A stretch of DNA of 64,000 nt from Camelus ferus (taxonomy: Eukaryota): positions 15,874,001-15,938,000 of the forward strand of contig NC_045696.1 in NCBI RefSeq assembly GCF_009834535.1. Reading direction: 5' to 3'. This document shows positions 12,481 to 25,779 of this stretch, one piece after another (position 1 is the first letter of the stretch; every line of letters starts with the position of its first letter). The notes under the pieces were generated by a model that saw only the letters and a list, made by a program, of their open reading frames with translations, had not been told where the DNA came from and did not search any database. Position numbers and translations under genes: made by a program.

Positions 12481-14449
12481 GAGTGAAGCAGAATTTGCTG
12501 CTTAGAGTTCAAGCACATCTAGGCATATTTGATAAACTGGTTTTCAGGGTCCAAGAGATCTCAGGGTCTATAATTTCATTTGCTCATAACCTTGATGTTT
12601 GGCTCAAAGAAAGAGGAGCAATGGCCTAGAAAAATGCAATGGAAGTGTAGAGGAGGACCAAGCAGTGTCTGTTATCCAGCCTGGTCCATAGACCACCCAC
12701 CATCTGAGACAAATGAACAGACCTGCTGCAGGTCAGTGATGGAGGAAGACGTTGTTTTCACAAGAGGCTCATGAGATACAAAGGAACAGGATCTAGGGGA
12801 CAGAGCACATTCCAGAGTAGAGGAGGGGCATACCTCCCATTTGCAGGGGAAGCCTGGTATATTTCAGGCTCATTGTGGACAAAAGTGGAAACACCATTCT
12901 GACACCTTGAGGGATGCAGAAAGTGCAGATATCAGCATACTTATTAAAGGCACTGCTATTGCGCTGGGTGGGGAACTGCTACTCTCAAGTAACTCTGGGG
13001 AAAGGATGCTTGCCTTGGTGATTTCTATAACTATGTGCATGATCCTTCCAACACCTTGGCCTTTCAGTTCCTTGTTCCTCTTTCTGGCCCAGCCACCCAC
13101 TCCCATGGTCATATCATAGATCAGCTGCCCTCACAGAGGCTGAGAAGTGGGTGAGCCTCCAATGCCCTCAGCCGATCACTTCTGGCCTCAGGACAGATTA
13201 CTGAACAGTTAAGCTATAAACTGTTACCATTTTCTATGTGTATGACAACAGAAAAAAAGCTAGAAGGCAATGCCCAAGATCTTATCATTACTAATAACAG
13301 CACCCCATTCACAATCTCACAGTAAAAATGACCTTTTTCCAAATCACTACCTCCCCTGGGTCCAGCCTCCTTTCTATAGTTACCTAAATCTAGAATTTTT
13401 TAAACCCCATTAGGACCTAAATGCCATTGAACCTTCCAAAATTAGTATTTGTTCAATAAATGAATGAATAGATGATGTTTTAAGCATCATCCCACCTTTC
13501 TCTGTAATCTTGCTTCTTCCCCAAGTTCATGAAATTAGGATGGGGCTATTTGTATTTTTTCACTGAGGAAAATGTGACTTTCCTGATACACATGGGACAA
13601 GAAAATTAATCTCAAATTAGAATCATAGCCTGTGGGACACAGCTTGGGAGCCAGGAAGCCCTCATAATAGCCCCACTCCACTTCTCCTACTGCTCATTAT
13701 GGTTTTCAAGAAGGCATCAGGACTTGTTTTAAGGGCTCTGAGATTTTTTAAGATGTTGTTCATCACAGCTGTCAACAAAAGCAAGTATTGACGTGCTTGA
13801 CTTCAAGGACAATGTGCAGCAACTGCTGATATTCTGCAAAGAGCTGTCTATGTTTTTTTTTAAAGATAAGATGTGACAGTATATTTGGGGTAAAAATCCA
13901 CTCAACACGGATAGGGAAAAGTTCAGTAGTCTAGAGAATATGTTGTAATCTGCTCAGATGTCCCATTATTCCCTATCTATTATCTTCAGAAATGTATAAG
14001 TTCTTTCTTCTAAAGGTTTACATATGTATCTTCAAACTCTCCTGCTCAACTAATTTCACTGAGCTATGAGATTATAACTCTTGGCAAGACCACCAGACTT
14101 CACAACGACTGCAGCTTCCCTGCCAAGATCAATGGTCTCTGTCTGTCACCTGCCATTGACCAGAAAGCTTTCACTTCATCGCCACTTAAACGTCTGTCAC
14201 TTTACCCTCATCATACCCCCACCTCTTCCGAATTACAGAGACTCCCCTCATTCTCATCACTATTTTACTTTTAATGTAGAGTCTAGACAATATATGCCTG
14301 TGGAGACAAGATGTTCCAGAAAATATTAAAAGGCATTATTGTATATCATGTGCAGCTAACTAGAATTTTTTTAAAAAGAATTTAATATATATTCATATCT
14401 CAGAGAGATATTTATATAGAGCTAAAACTATGTAAGTCTTTATGGCTGT

Positions 14450-14632
14450 TACTAGCACTTTGTTCACACTTTACAACACTTATTATTGTATATTATTGTC
14501 AACCATTTAGGTGTCTGTTTCCCAACTAAACAATAAGTTCTCCAAGGGAAAGTGCCAGGTCTTATCCATATTTATATCCACGAGAATCTTGCCTAGGGCC
14601 AAACACCTAGAACAAATTGAATAACTATTTTT
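14450..14632 (+). mobile_element. L2 3' end fragment
   Basis: tgtctgtttcccaactaaacaataagttctccaagggaaagtgccaggtcttatccatatttatatcc...cctagggccaaacacctag matches the L2 tail pattern. Confidence 0.55.
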
Positions 14633-15198
14633 GAGGGGAAAAAGCTACATGAAGTTATTTAATTTTGTGTGCATGTTAATAAAAAAAAAAGAACTGGCTG
14701 TTGAGTTCTACCTTCAAGGAAGTCAATAGATGAACAGGATAAAATTCTATTTTAGGAATTTTTGAAAGAGACATATATTTCATTGCAGAAATAGAGAAGC
14801 AGTCACAAACATGTGAATCAGTCACTCTAGAAGTGGCTTTGGAAGCTGGGCTTTGATATCGGTGGAAAAACTGTACTATCACCAAGAATAGAACAAAAGA
14901 CCAGAAGTTGCCCAAAAAGCACCATGTGTAATTTATATTTGAACCACTAATCTTAATGTCAAAACATTTCTCTTCTAGTTTACAATACATATATATGTGT
15001 CCTATGTGAATGCTTCACACACACAGACACATACACACAGTCTCCCAATTCCAAGTCTAGACTTCATGTCCATTACAAAAATTATATCCAACTATACCAA
15101 GTCACCTTGAGAAGAAAAATAATTGATTACACTAGTAGAAAAAAAACTGACCATTTTAATAGCCAACTGAACCTAGTCAAATTGATAAGAACCAATTA

Positions 15199-16120
15199 TA
15201 GGTAAACCTTGGAAATTTTGCAGGGTCTGTTCCCAACCACCACAATAAATCAAATATAGCAATAAAGCAAGTCATGTGAACTTTGTGCATATAAAAGTTA
15301 TGTTTACACTATATTGTATTCTGTTAAGTGTGCAATAGCATTATGTCTAAAAAGTGTACATATCTTAATTTGTCAACACTTCATTGCTAGAAAATGTTAA
15401 CCATTATCTGAGCTCCAGTGAGTTACAATCTTCCCTCATGAAGGGTCTTACCTCTGTGTGATGACTGCTAACTGATCAGGGTGGTGGTTGCTGAAGCTTG
15501 GAGTGGCTGTGGCCATTTCTCAAAATAAGACAACAATGAAATTTGCTGCATCAATGACTCTTCCTTTCAGGAGTGATTTCTCTGAAGCATGCAATGACAG
15601 TGTTTTACCCCCAGTGGAACTTCTTTTAAAATTGGAATCAATCCCTTCAAGTCCTGCCTCTAGTTTATCAATGTTTATGTAATATTCTAAATCCTTTGCT
15701 GTCATTTCAACAATCTTTACAGGATCTTCACCAGGAGTAGATTCCATCTCATGAAACCACTTTCTTTGCTCATCCGTAAGAAGTAACTCTTCACCTGCTA
15801 AACATTTATCATGAGATTGCAGCAATTCAATCACATCTTCAAGCTCCACTTCCAATTCTAATTTTCCTGCTATTTCCACCACATCTGTAGTTACTTCCTC
15901 CACCAAAGTCTTGAACCCCTCAAAGTCATCCATGAGGGTGGAATCAGCTTCTTCCAAACTCCTCTTAATGTTCATACTTTGACCTCTTCCCATAAATCAT
16001 AAAATGTTCTTTGTGGCATCTAGAGTGGTGAGTCCTTTCCAGAAGGTTTTAAATCGACTTTGCCCATATCCAACAGAGGAATCACTATCTGCGGCAGCTA
16101 TAGCCTTAAGAAATGTATTT
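15199..16120 (-). mobile_element. Tigger1 DNA transposon, 3' portion with transposase C-terminal remnant (ORF 15520-15993)
   Basis: TIR-like taggtaaaccttggaaattttgcagggtctgttcccaaccaccacaataaa matches the Tigger1 end. The ORF reads [45 protein letters not shown]...[23 protein letters not shown], the Tigger1/TIGD1 C-terminus. Confidence 0.92.
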
Positions 16121-16122
16121 CC

Positions 16123-18168
16123 ATTTTTTCATTATTGACATATAATTGTATTCAATATTATGTCTCTTTCAGATGCACTACAGAGCAATTTGACATTTGC
16201 ACACATTGTGAAATGATCATCACAACAAGTCTAGTAACTATCTGTCCCCATAACACAGTAGTTGCAATATTATTGACCGTATTCCTTATGCTGTATATTA
16301 CATCCCTGTGGTTTATTTATTTTATAACTAAAGATTTGTACCTTTTTTTTTAACCATTTTATTCATTTTATTCTTTTTTTTTTAAATGAAGTATAGTCAG
16401 TTACAATGTATCAATTTCTTATCTTACCCCTACACTCCCTTCCTCTGGCAAACACTGTTTTCTTTATCTATGAGTCTTTTTTCATTTTGTTTTGTTAGTT
16501 TGTTTTGGTTTTTTTAGATTCCACATATAAATGAGATCATATGGTATTTGTCTTTCTCTGTTTGATTTATTTCTTTTAGCATAACAACCTCTAGAGCCAT
16601 GCATGTTGTCACAACAGAAAGATTTCCTTTCTCTGGCTGAATAATATTCCATTGTGTGTGTGTGTGTGTGTGTGTGTCTGTGTGTGTGTGTGTGTGTGTG
16701 TATCTCGCATCTTCTATATCCATGTATACCACGAACATGGAAAATCTTTCTACTTGTTTATGTACTTTGAGAAGGATCAGTATTAACTCCTCTTTAAATG
16801 TTTGGCAGAATTCACCTGTCAAGCCATCTGGACTTTTGTTTGTTGAGAGTTTGTTTTTTTTTTTAATTGCCAATTCCATTTCACATCTAGTAATTGGTCT
16901 GTTCAAATTACCTGTTTCTTCTAGACTCGGTGTTAGCATGCTGCTACGTTTCTAGAAATGTGTCCATTTCTTCTAGGTTGTCCGGTTTGTTGTCATATAC
17001 AATGCTCGTAGTAATCATTCATGATCCTTTGTATTCCTGTGCTAGTTGGTTGTTGGCTTCTCTTCCATTTCTGATTCTATTTATTTGGAGTCTCTCTCTT
17101 TTTTCTTGATAAATCTGGCTAAAGGTTTATCGATTTTGTTTAGCTTTCAAAGAAGCAGCTTTTAATGTCATTGATCTTTTCTATTTATTTATTTAATTTT
17201 TAGTCTCTATTTCATTAATTCCACTCTGGCCCATTACTTTCATCCTTCTACAGACTTTAAGCTTTTTTTGCTTTTTCTACTTCCTTTAGTTGAAAGGTTG
17301 GATTGTTTATTTGAGATTTTTCTTGCTTCCTAAGTTAGGCCTGTATTGCTATAAACTTCCCTTCAGAACTGCTTTTGCTGTGCCCCATAGATTTTGAAAT
17401 GTGTTTGATTCTCATTTCACTCAAGGTTTTTTTTTTAATTTCCTCTTTGACTTATTCATTGACCCACTGGTTGTGTAGTGCAAGTTGTTTACCCTCCATG
17501 TGATTATGATTTTTCCGTTTTTCTTCTTGTAATTGATTTCTAGTTTCATAATGTTTTGGTTGGAAAAGTGATTGATATGATTTCAGTCTTCTTAAATTTA
17601 CTGATATTTGTTCTGTGGTGTAATGTGATATATCATGGAGAACTGTTCATGCACACTTGAAAAGAAGGTGTGTTCTGCGTTTTGGCATTGAATGTTCTGA
17701 ATTTATCTACTAAGTTCCTCTGGTTTAATGTGTCATTGAAGGCCCGTGTTTCCTTATTGATTTTCTTGTCTGAATGATCTGCCCATTGATGTAAGTGGGG
17801 TGTTAAAGTCCCCTGCTATTATTATTATTACTGTCCATAGCCCTCTTTATTTTTGTGAATATTTGCTTTATGTATTTAGGTGCTCCTATGTTGGGTGCAT
17901 AGATATTTACAAGTGTTGGATTGATCCTTTTATCATTATGTAATGCCCTTCTTTGTTTCTTATTGCAGTCTTTGTTTAAATTCTATTTTGTCTGATATGG
18001 GCATGGTTAGCCCAGCTTTCTTTTCATTTCCATTTTCATGAAATGTCTTTTTCCATCCCTTTACTTTCAGTCTGTGTCTTAAAATCCGAAGTGAGACTCC
18101 TGGGCAGCATATATTTGGTCTTTTTTTTTCTTTGGATCCATTCAGCCACTCTACGTCTTTTGACTGGA
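16123..18168 (-). mobile_element. L1 fragments: 3' UTR (about 16123-16740) joined to ORF2 endonuclease/Z region (about 16760-18168)
   Basis: Minus-strand translations give NLNRPIT..E.E..IKK....KSPDG.TGEF.QTFKEELI.ILLK and RRRVAEWI / LKVKGWKK.FH.NGN.KKAG, which are L1 ORF2 motifs. Many stops and frameshifts. Confidence 0.92.
16653..16700. repeat. (TG)n microsatellite
   Basis: TG run with one TC interruption. Confidence 0.95.
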
Positions 18169-18891
18169 ACACTCCTTATTCCCAAAGAATCACTGATACC
18201 TGTGCATTTTGGGTCAATATGTAGGCCTTCCATCCTGAATATACTTTTCTTTTATAGTCTGCTTAGTGAAACTTGAGCAAAGCATAGTGCTACCTTCAGA
18301 CTTGTTTTATCCCTCATGTCTTTTGCTAGAATAAATCACTGAGGCAATTGAAAGTTAGCAAGAACGTTTGCATTTTGGTGTTTGGGCCCCTTCATAGGTT
18401 TATGGCTTATTCTATTGCTTTTGAACTGATATTCTTACTTCTCTATTTTCTAAGTGGTGGTTATGTTCAATGCATTCATTTTGTGAGAGAATTTTCCTCC
18501 CTTCCAGAACACTTTTTGCTTCTAGCAACTTTCCTGGAAGCCAGAGAATTCCTAAAAAGTAGGTTTTTCTTAGTAGCCTAATCACAGCCAGGAAAGAAAT
18601 ATGCTAATGTTTTCACCATTCTTCATCTACCTCACACAATACTACACAGATTGATTTCAGTAGGAAAATCACCCCCAAAATGGAGTTGGAAATGGGGTTA
18701 GGAAAATAAGCAGCTTTTTTCTTCATTGTTTAATGTCTTCATTGATATGAAGAACAAAAATTAAACATTAAACTCCATCTTTATACTTAGCAAATACTCC
18801 TGATTTGAAATAATTCTGGTATTCATATTTTGGAATTTTATTAGTAACTAATAGTATTATAGTTTATAAAGTACATTGTATTATTCCAATC

Positions 18892-18957
18892 GATTATCTT
18901 GACTGATTCTTATAACAACATGCTGATTATCTTGACTGATTCTCATAACAGCATACT
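18892..18957. repeat. 33-bp tandem duplication (2 copies)
   Basis: gattatcttgactgattcttataacaacatgct / gattatcttgactgattctcataacagcatact, 3 mismatches. Confidence 0.9.
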
Positions 18958-19584
18958 GAAAAGACTAAGTCAAATATTTATATTTATGTTTATAAGTTAT
19001 AAGTTTAAACAACTCCTCAAGTTCCCTCACGTGCTTACTAGAGTAAAACGACAATCTGAGCCATGGTCTTTGAAATGTTTATTCTACACCACCAAGATTC
19101 ATTGTTATTTGGACAAATATTCAACTAATATTAACTTATCATCTCCAAAGAAACCCACAGGCAATGTGGTAACTGTAAACACAAAGTATTTTGAAAATAT
19201 ACACATTCATATATGTATTCATATTTCTTCTGTAATACCTTTCAAGTCTTAGAGATTCATCCTTCCAATGTGACATAAAATCAACCATCAAGGCATAGAG
19301 ATGGTGAGCATACTTTTTTGAGGATTGCATAACGCTTCATGAAAATATTATCATACATAATTATAGATATCCTCAAAAAATATATAACACATCTTAAGAG
19401 AAGAAATGCAGAGAAATGTATTCTATTAAGTTCTAATGGTAGTACTAATAGCAGAATTTGAACTGGAAGGCGATAAGGGAAAAAGAGGAAGGAAAGAGGG
19501 AGAATATCTAACCCACTGAATTTTTCCTAAATTCTACACTTAGGGAAAGTTGAGCTCTGAATTCAACCCAGTCTGTAATGGATG

Positions 19585-20045
19585 GATTAAAGAGTGCGTT
19601 GGTTAAATGTATTTGGCTGTGAATAGGAAAAAAAATACAGTAGTTTAAATAATTTATTTTCATCTCACAGGAAAAAAAAAATGAAAAGGAGATGGTCCAG
19701 GGCTAGTGTATTTGTAAAATTATGTTTTCAAGGAACGAGGCTCCTTTCATATGATAGCTCTGCCATCTTTAGTATGTGACTGTTGTCTTCAGGGTCAAAA
19801 AATGACTTCTGGACTTACTGGTATCATTTGCACAATCCAAGAAGGAAAAAGGAGTGGGAAGAGAAGGCAGATGGCATCTCATAGTGAGACTGTTCTCTGT
19901 ATTTCACTAGTTCTCACTTTATCACATGGCCACTTCTAGATGCAAGGGAAACTGGCCAGTCAAGTGTTCCTCTTTGAAGCCTCTATGGTATGGAAAGGCA
20001 GGGCAGGAGGGTGCTGTTGAATGAGCACCCACAGTATCTGCCATA
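19585..20045 (-). mobile_element. Old MaLR LTR (MLT1J/K-like)
   Basis: gtccagggctagtg, ggctcctttcat...gctctgccatc, tcacatggccacttctagatgcaagggaaactgg and the end cagtatctgccata (TG-start on the minus strand). Confidence 0.6.
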
Positions 20046-21092
20046 GAATGTTAGATTTCAAGATCTTTCTAGAAGAGGAGAGCTTTAAAACAAATCCTGA
20101 AAAATAAGTCTAGAAAACAGTGAGAGAAGGGAAATCAAGACAGAGAAAAGTACAAAATGAAAATTCTGCAGGGTGAGTGTTGTTTTTCTTCCTGACATTG
20201 TAAAGCATTATATGTCAAAATGAACCCAAGTCACATTCAAGGTCGGGAAATCTCTAACAAATCCATCTGAGTGCATATTGTGTCCTTGATAAATAAATGG
20301 ATGAATTGTGTGTAGCCTTGCTTCTTCTTTTGCAAATGTCAATTGCTTATTGAAGTTAAGGCTTTTGTTTCGTGTTCATGTTTGAAAGTAAATTTTTGGC
20401 ATTTAGCTCACTATGGTGAAAGGTAAAAGCTTGATATTATGCTCTCAATACTGATCACTAGATTTAAATCTGAAACCTATTCTTACATAAGCCATTAGTT
20501 TTAGCATTTGAAGTCTAGAGAGAAACATATTATTTGCTTGTTTTACTCCTTAATGAAGTGTTTCTAAAAAAACTTGGCCTCAAAATCTCCATTAGTTGCA
20601 TCTTTCTTCACTTTACTTTTAATCTCCTTCAAAACAAATGAAATAGTAACTTAAATGTATCAAGTAAAAAAACAAGATTGAGATTTTGCAATGAACTGAA
20701 CAAAACAGTTGTTTCTGTGGGATGAACTTCACCCAAATGATCTCACTTGATCTGTAGGAAATGAAGGCAGGCAATAAAAAGTTCATGACAAAGATTCACT
20801 CTCTTTCACAGGAAAAAAAATTATAGATTTGGGATCAAGTAATAATCTGAACAAGATGGAAAACTGTCTTGCTAAAAAATAAGAAAGAGAAACTGTGAGT
20901 ACATAATATGCTTTAGTTCTCAACATGAAGAAAATAACACCAACTACATAATGTTCTCCATTTCAAGAAACTATAGTCCTAGAAGGTAGGTTCTGAATGC
21001 TGAACAGGAAAATGTAATGATTAAATTCCATGCAGTCTGCATCAATTGGGGCTACCACAAAGCCCCACTTTGTGGCTAGACATTTTCATAGG

Positions 21093-24000
21093 TATAAGAC
21101 TATTATCAACAAGTATGTGTTAACAAAATGGATAACCTACAAGAAATGGATAAATTCCTAGAAACATACAACCTACCAAGACAGAGTTAAGAGTAAATAG
21201 AAAGCCTGAACAGACCAATAACAAGGAGATTGAATCTGTAATAAAAATCCTTTCAACAAAGAAAAATTCAGAGCCAGATGTCTTCATTGGTGAATTATAC
21301 CAAACAGTCAGATATACCAACCCTTTTAAAATTATTCCAAAAGAAAGAACAGAACTTCCAAACTCGTTTAATAAAGCCAGCACCACCCTTATACCAAAGC
21401 CAAAGAGACCACAAGAAAAAAAAAAAAAAAAAAAAAACTACAGGCCAATATCCCTAGTGATCATAGATGCAAAGATCTTCAATAAAATACTAAAAAACCA
21501 AATTCAACATTACATTAAAAGAATTATAGACCATGATCAAGTGGGATGTATCCCTGGGATGCAAGGATGTTTCAATATATGCAAATCAATCAATGTGATA
21601 CAGCACATAACAAAATGAAAGACAAAAGTCCCATGACCTTACTTCACTTAATATGATAATCTCTAGGTCCATACAAGTTGCTGCAAATGGCATTAGTTCA
21701 TTTTTTATGGCTGAGTTATATTCCATTATATATATATACTATATATAATATAGTATATATAAACACACACACCATAATTCCATTGTGTATATATATAGAT
21801 ATATGATGGATAAAGAAGATGTGGTGTATATATTTCTGTATATGTGGCATAGATATAGATATAGATATAGATATGTATGTGTGGTGGATATATATATATA
21901 TATACATTTATCCATTCATCTTGTCAATGGACATTATGTTGCTTTCAAGTCTTGGCTATTGTAAATAGTGCTTTTACAAACACTGGGGTGCATATATCTT
22001 TTTGAGTTAGAGTTTTCTCCAGATACATGCGCAGGAGTGGGATTGCTGGATCATATGGCAACTCTATTTTTAGTATACAGCAACATGGATGGACCTAGAG
22101 ATTATCATATTAAATGAATTAAGTCAGACAAGTATCATATGATAGCATTTATATATGGAATATTTTAAAATATGATGGAAATGAACTTATTTACAAACCA
22201 GAAATAGACTCACAGACATAGAAAATGAACTATGGTTACCAAAGGGAAAAGGATGAGGGAGGGATAAATTAGGAGTTTAGGATTAACATATACACATTAC
22301 TATATATTAAATAGATACACAACAAGGACCTACTGTATAGCACAGGAAACTATATTCAATATCTTATAATAACCTATAATGGAAAAGAACTGAAAAAGAA
22401 TATATATATGTATATATAACTGAATCACTTTGCTGTACACCTGAAACTAACACATTGTAAATCAACTGTACTTCAATTAAAAACATTTTTAAATCACATG
22501 ATTATCTCAATAGACACAGAAAAAGCACTTGACAAAATTTAATATCCATTCATGAAAAAAAATCTCTCAACAAAATAAGTACAGACGGAACTGTGCTTAA
22601 CACAATAAAGGACATACACAAAATGGCCCACCACTAATATCATAATCAATGGTGAAACACTGGAAGCTTTTTCTCTAATATCTGGTATAAGGCAAGGCTC
22701 TCACTCACAATTCTATTCAACACATAGTTCTGGAAGTCTTGGCCAGAGGAATGAGATAAGAAAAAATAAATAAATAAAAGGCATCCAAATGAGAAAGGAA
22801 GAAGTAAGTTTATCCCTGCAGATATGATTTTATATACTGGAAACCCTAAAGACTCAACAACAATAACCAAAAAAAAAAAAAAAATCTGTTAGAGCTAACA
22901 AATGAATTCAGCAAACTTGCAGAATACAAAATCAGCATGCAAAAGAGAACAGTGATGTTTCTATATATGAACAACAAACTATCCAGAAAGGAAATTTAGA
23001 AAACAATTTGTAATATCAACAAAAAACAATAAAATAGTTAGGAATGAACTTAACGAAAGAAGTGAAAGATTTGTACATTTAAAACTATAAAATACTGATG
23101 AACAAAATTAAAGACATGGATAAATAGAAATATATCACACACTCTTGAACTGGAAAAATTAATATTGTTAAAAGATCTATACTACAAAAAGTGATCTACA
23201 GATTTATGGCTATCAAAATCCCAATGGCACTATTTAAAGAACAAATAAGCAAAGCAATCTTGAGCAAGAAGAACAAAGCTGGAAGCATCACACTTCCTGA
23301 TTTCAAAATATATTGCAAAGCTACAAAAATCAAAACAGCATAGTACCAGCATAAAAACAAACATATAGACTAATGGAATAGAACAAAGAACCCAGAAATA
23401 AAATCTACATACTTATGATTACTGGGTCTTTGATAAGGGTGCCAAGAACACACAATGGAGAGAGAATAGTCTCTTCAATAAATGATGTCTGGAAAACTGC
23501 AACTCCATATGCAGAAGAACTAAATCGGACCTTTATCACACAACATAAAGAAAAATCAACTCGAAATGGATTAAAAACTTAAAGATAAGGCCTAAAAATA
23601 TAAAACTACTAGAAGAAAACATAGAGGGAAAGCTTCTTGATACTGGACTTGGCAATGAGTTTCCAGTTATAGCACCAAAAGCACAGACAACAAAAGCAAA
23701 AATAAGCCAGTGGGATTACATTAAACTAAAAAGCTTCTGCATAACAAAGAAAAGAATCAACAAAATAAAAAGGCAACCTACTGAATGAGAGAAAATATTT
23801 GCAGTCCATATATCTGATAAGAAGTTAAAAAGCAAAATATATAATTCATACAACTCAATAGCAAAAAAAAAAACCAAATAAACTAATTAAAAACTAGGCA
23901 AAAAACTTGAATAAACATGTCTCAAAAGAAGACATACAAGTGACCAAAAGTACGTGAAAATCACTAATTCCTACTTAACATCACTAGTCATCAGGGAAAT

Positions 24001-24880
24001 GCAAATCAAAACCACAATGACATATCACTCACACCTATTAAAATGTCCATTATCAGAAAGAAAAAATATAACAAGTGTGGTGAGGATGTGGATAAAAGGG
24101 AACCCTTCTACCCTGTTGGTGGAAATGTAAATTGATGCAGCCACTATGTTAAGAGGTTCCTAAAAAATTAAAAATGGAACTACTATATGATCCAGCAATT
24201 CCACTTCTGGGTATTTACCTGAAATAAGAAGAAACACTAACTCAAAAAGATATCTGCACCTCCATTTTTATTGTAGAATTATTTACAATAGCCAAGACAC
24301 GAAAACAACCTAAGCATCCGTCAATGAATGACTGGATAAAGAAACTGTGATATCTTTATGCAATTTAATATTATTTAGCCATTAAAAAGAGAAAAAGCCT
24401 GCCATTTGCAAGAATGTGGATGGACTTTGAAATCATGATGCTAAGTAAAATGAGTCAGACAGAGGAAGAGAAATACTGTTTGATCCCACTTATAGGTGGA
24501 ATCTTGAAGGAAAAAGAAAAAAAAAAAGAACTCACAGAAACAGAGAATAGATTGGTGGTTGCCAGAGCTAGGGGTGGGGGATAGTTGAAAGGGGTAAAGT
24601 AATCAAAAGGTACAAACTTTCAGTAACAAAATAACTAACTCCTGGAGATATAATGTACAGTATAGTGACTATATTAATAATACTGTATCATATATTTGAA
24701 AGTTGCTAAGAGTAAATCTTAAAAGTTTGCATCACAGGAAAAATAACTGTAACTGTGTGGTGATGAATGTTGACTAGACTTTACTATGGTGATCATTTAG
24801 TGATATATACATATATCAAATCATTATGTGGTACACATAAAGCTAACATATTGTGTCAATTATATGTTAATTTAAAAAGA
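21093..24880 (+). mobile_element. L1 (L1MA-like), ORF2 Z/RT/C-terminal region plus 3' UTR, decayed
   Basis: gaaatggataaattcctagaaacatacaacctaccaag, actacaggccaatatccctagtgatcatagatgcaaag (NYRPISL.), ccctgcagatatgatt (ADDM region), atgcaaatcaaaaccacaatgacatatcac and an L1MA-type 3' UTR. No intact ORF. Confidence 0.95.
21637..22490. mobile_element. Younger L1 3' end nested in the older L1, with an inverted 5' part (21637-~22075 minus, ~22077-22490 plus)
   Basis: Orientation switch at ...actctatttttagt|at|acagcaacatggatggacc. Flanked by a degenerate TSD aaagtcccatga / aaatcacatga, and host ORF2 resumes at 22491. Confidence 0.85.
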
Positions 24881-25779
24881 TAAGTATTGGTGAAGATATA
24901 AAGAAAAGGAACCCCTTGCTGCACTGTCGATGGGAATATAAACTGGTGCAGCCACTATAGAAAATAGCATTGAGTTCCTCAAAAAATTAAAAATAGAACT
25001 ACCATATCATCTAGCAACTACACTTCAGGATATATATCCAAAGAAAACGAAATGTGCATTTAGAAATGATACTTGCATTCCCATGTTCATTGCTGTATTA
25101 CTTTAAGTAGCCAAGATATGGAAACAAACTAAGTGGTCGTGGACGGATAAACAAAGAAAGAAAATGTAGTATCTATATATGGAGGCAATACTTTTCAGTC
25201 ATAAAAAAGAAGGAAATCCTGCCATTTGAGACAGCATGGATGAAACTGGAGAACATTATCCTAAGTGAAGCAAGCCAGGGACAAAAAGACAAAAACTCGA
25301 TGATCTCCCTTACATGTGGAATCTAAAATAGTTGAGCTCATAAAAGCAGAGATAGAATGGTGGTTTTCAGGGGCAGGGGGTGGAGAGGGAAATGGAGAAT
25401 GGAAAGATACTGATTAAAGGATATCGTTTCATTTATGCAAATGAATGAGTTCACAAGAGCTATTGTACAGCATGGTGACTACAGTTAATACTGCCACTGA
25501 TTACTTGAAAATTGCTAAAAGGGTAGATTTGAAGTATTCTCAGCATAAAAAGATAGACAAAGAAACAGAGATGCAAGGAGGGTAGGAGGGAGGAGGAAAT
25601 GAAGGAGAAAGGAAGGAAGGAAAGAGTTGGTAACTATGTGGGGTTATAGATATCTTAATTAGTTTGATTGTGGTGATCATTGCACAACGTATACATATAT
25701 CAAAACACCAAGTTGTACTCCTTAATATACACAATTCCTGTGTGTCAATTATACCTCAATAAAGGTGAAAAAAAAAAAT
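24880..25779 (+). mobile_element. Second L1 3' end (L1MA-like), directly after the first
   Basis: Restarts at taagtattggtgaagatataaagaaaaggaacccc and runs through its own 3' UTR to caataaaggtg plus an A-tail. Confidence 0.9.

Noticed and set aside
15520..15993. 157-aa ORF resembling TIGD1 as a functional gene
   Set aside because: Only the C-terminal part is present, inside a truncated Tigger1 with a TIR. The HTH and most of the DDE domain are absent, and the ends of the ORF are out of frame.
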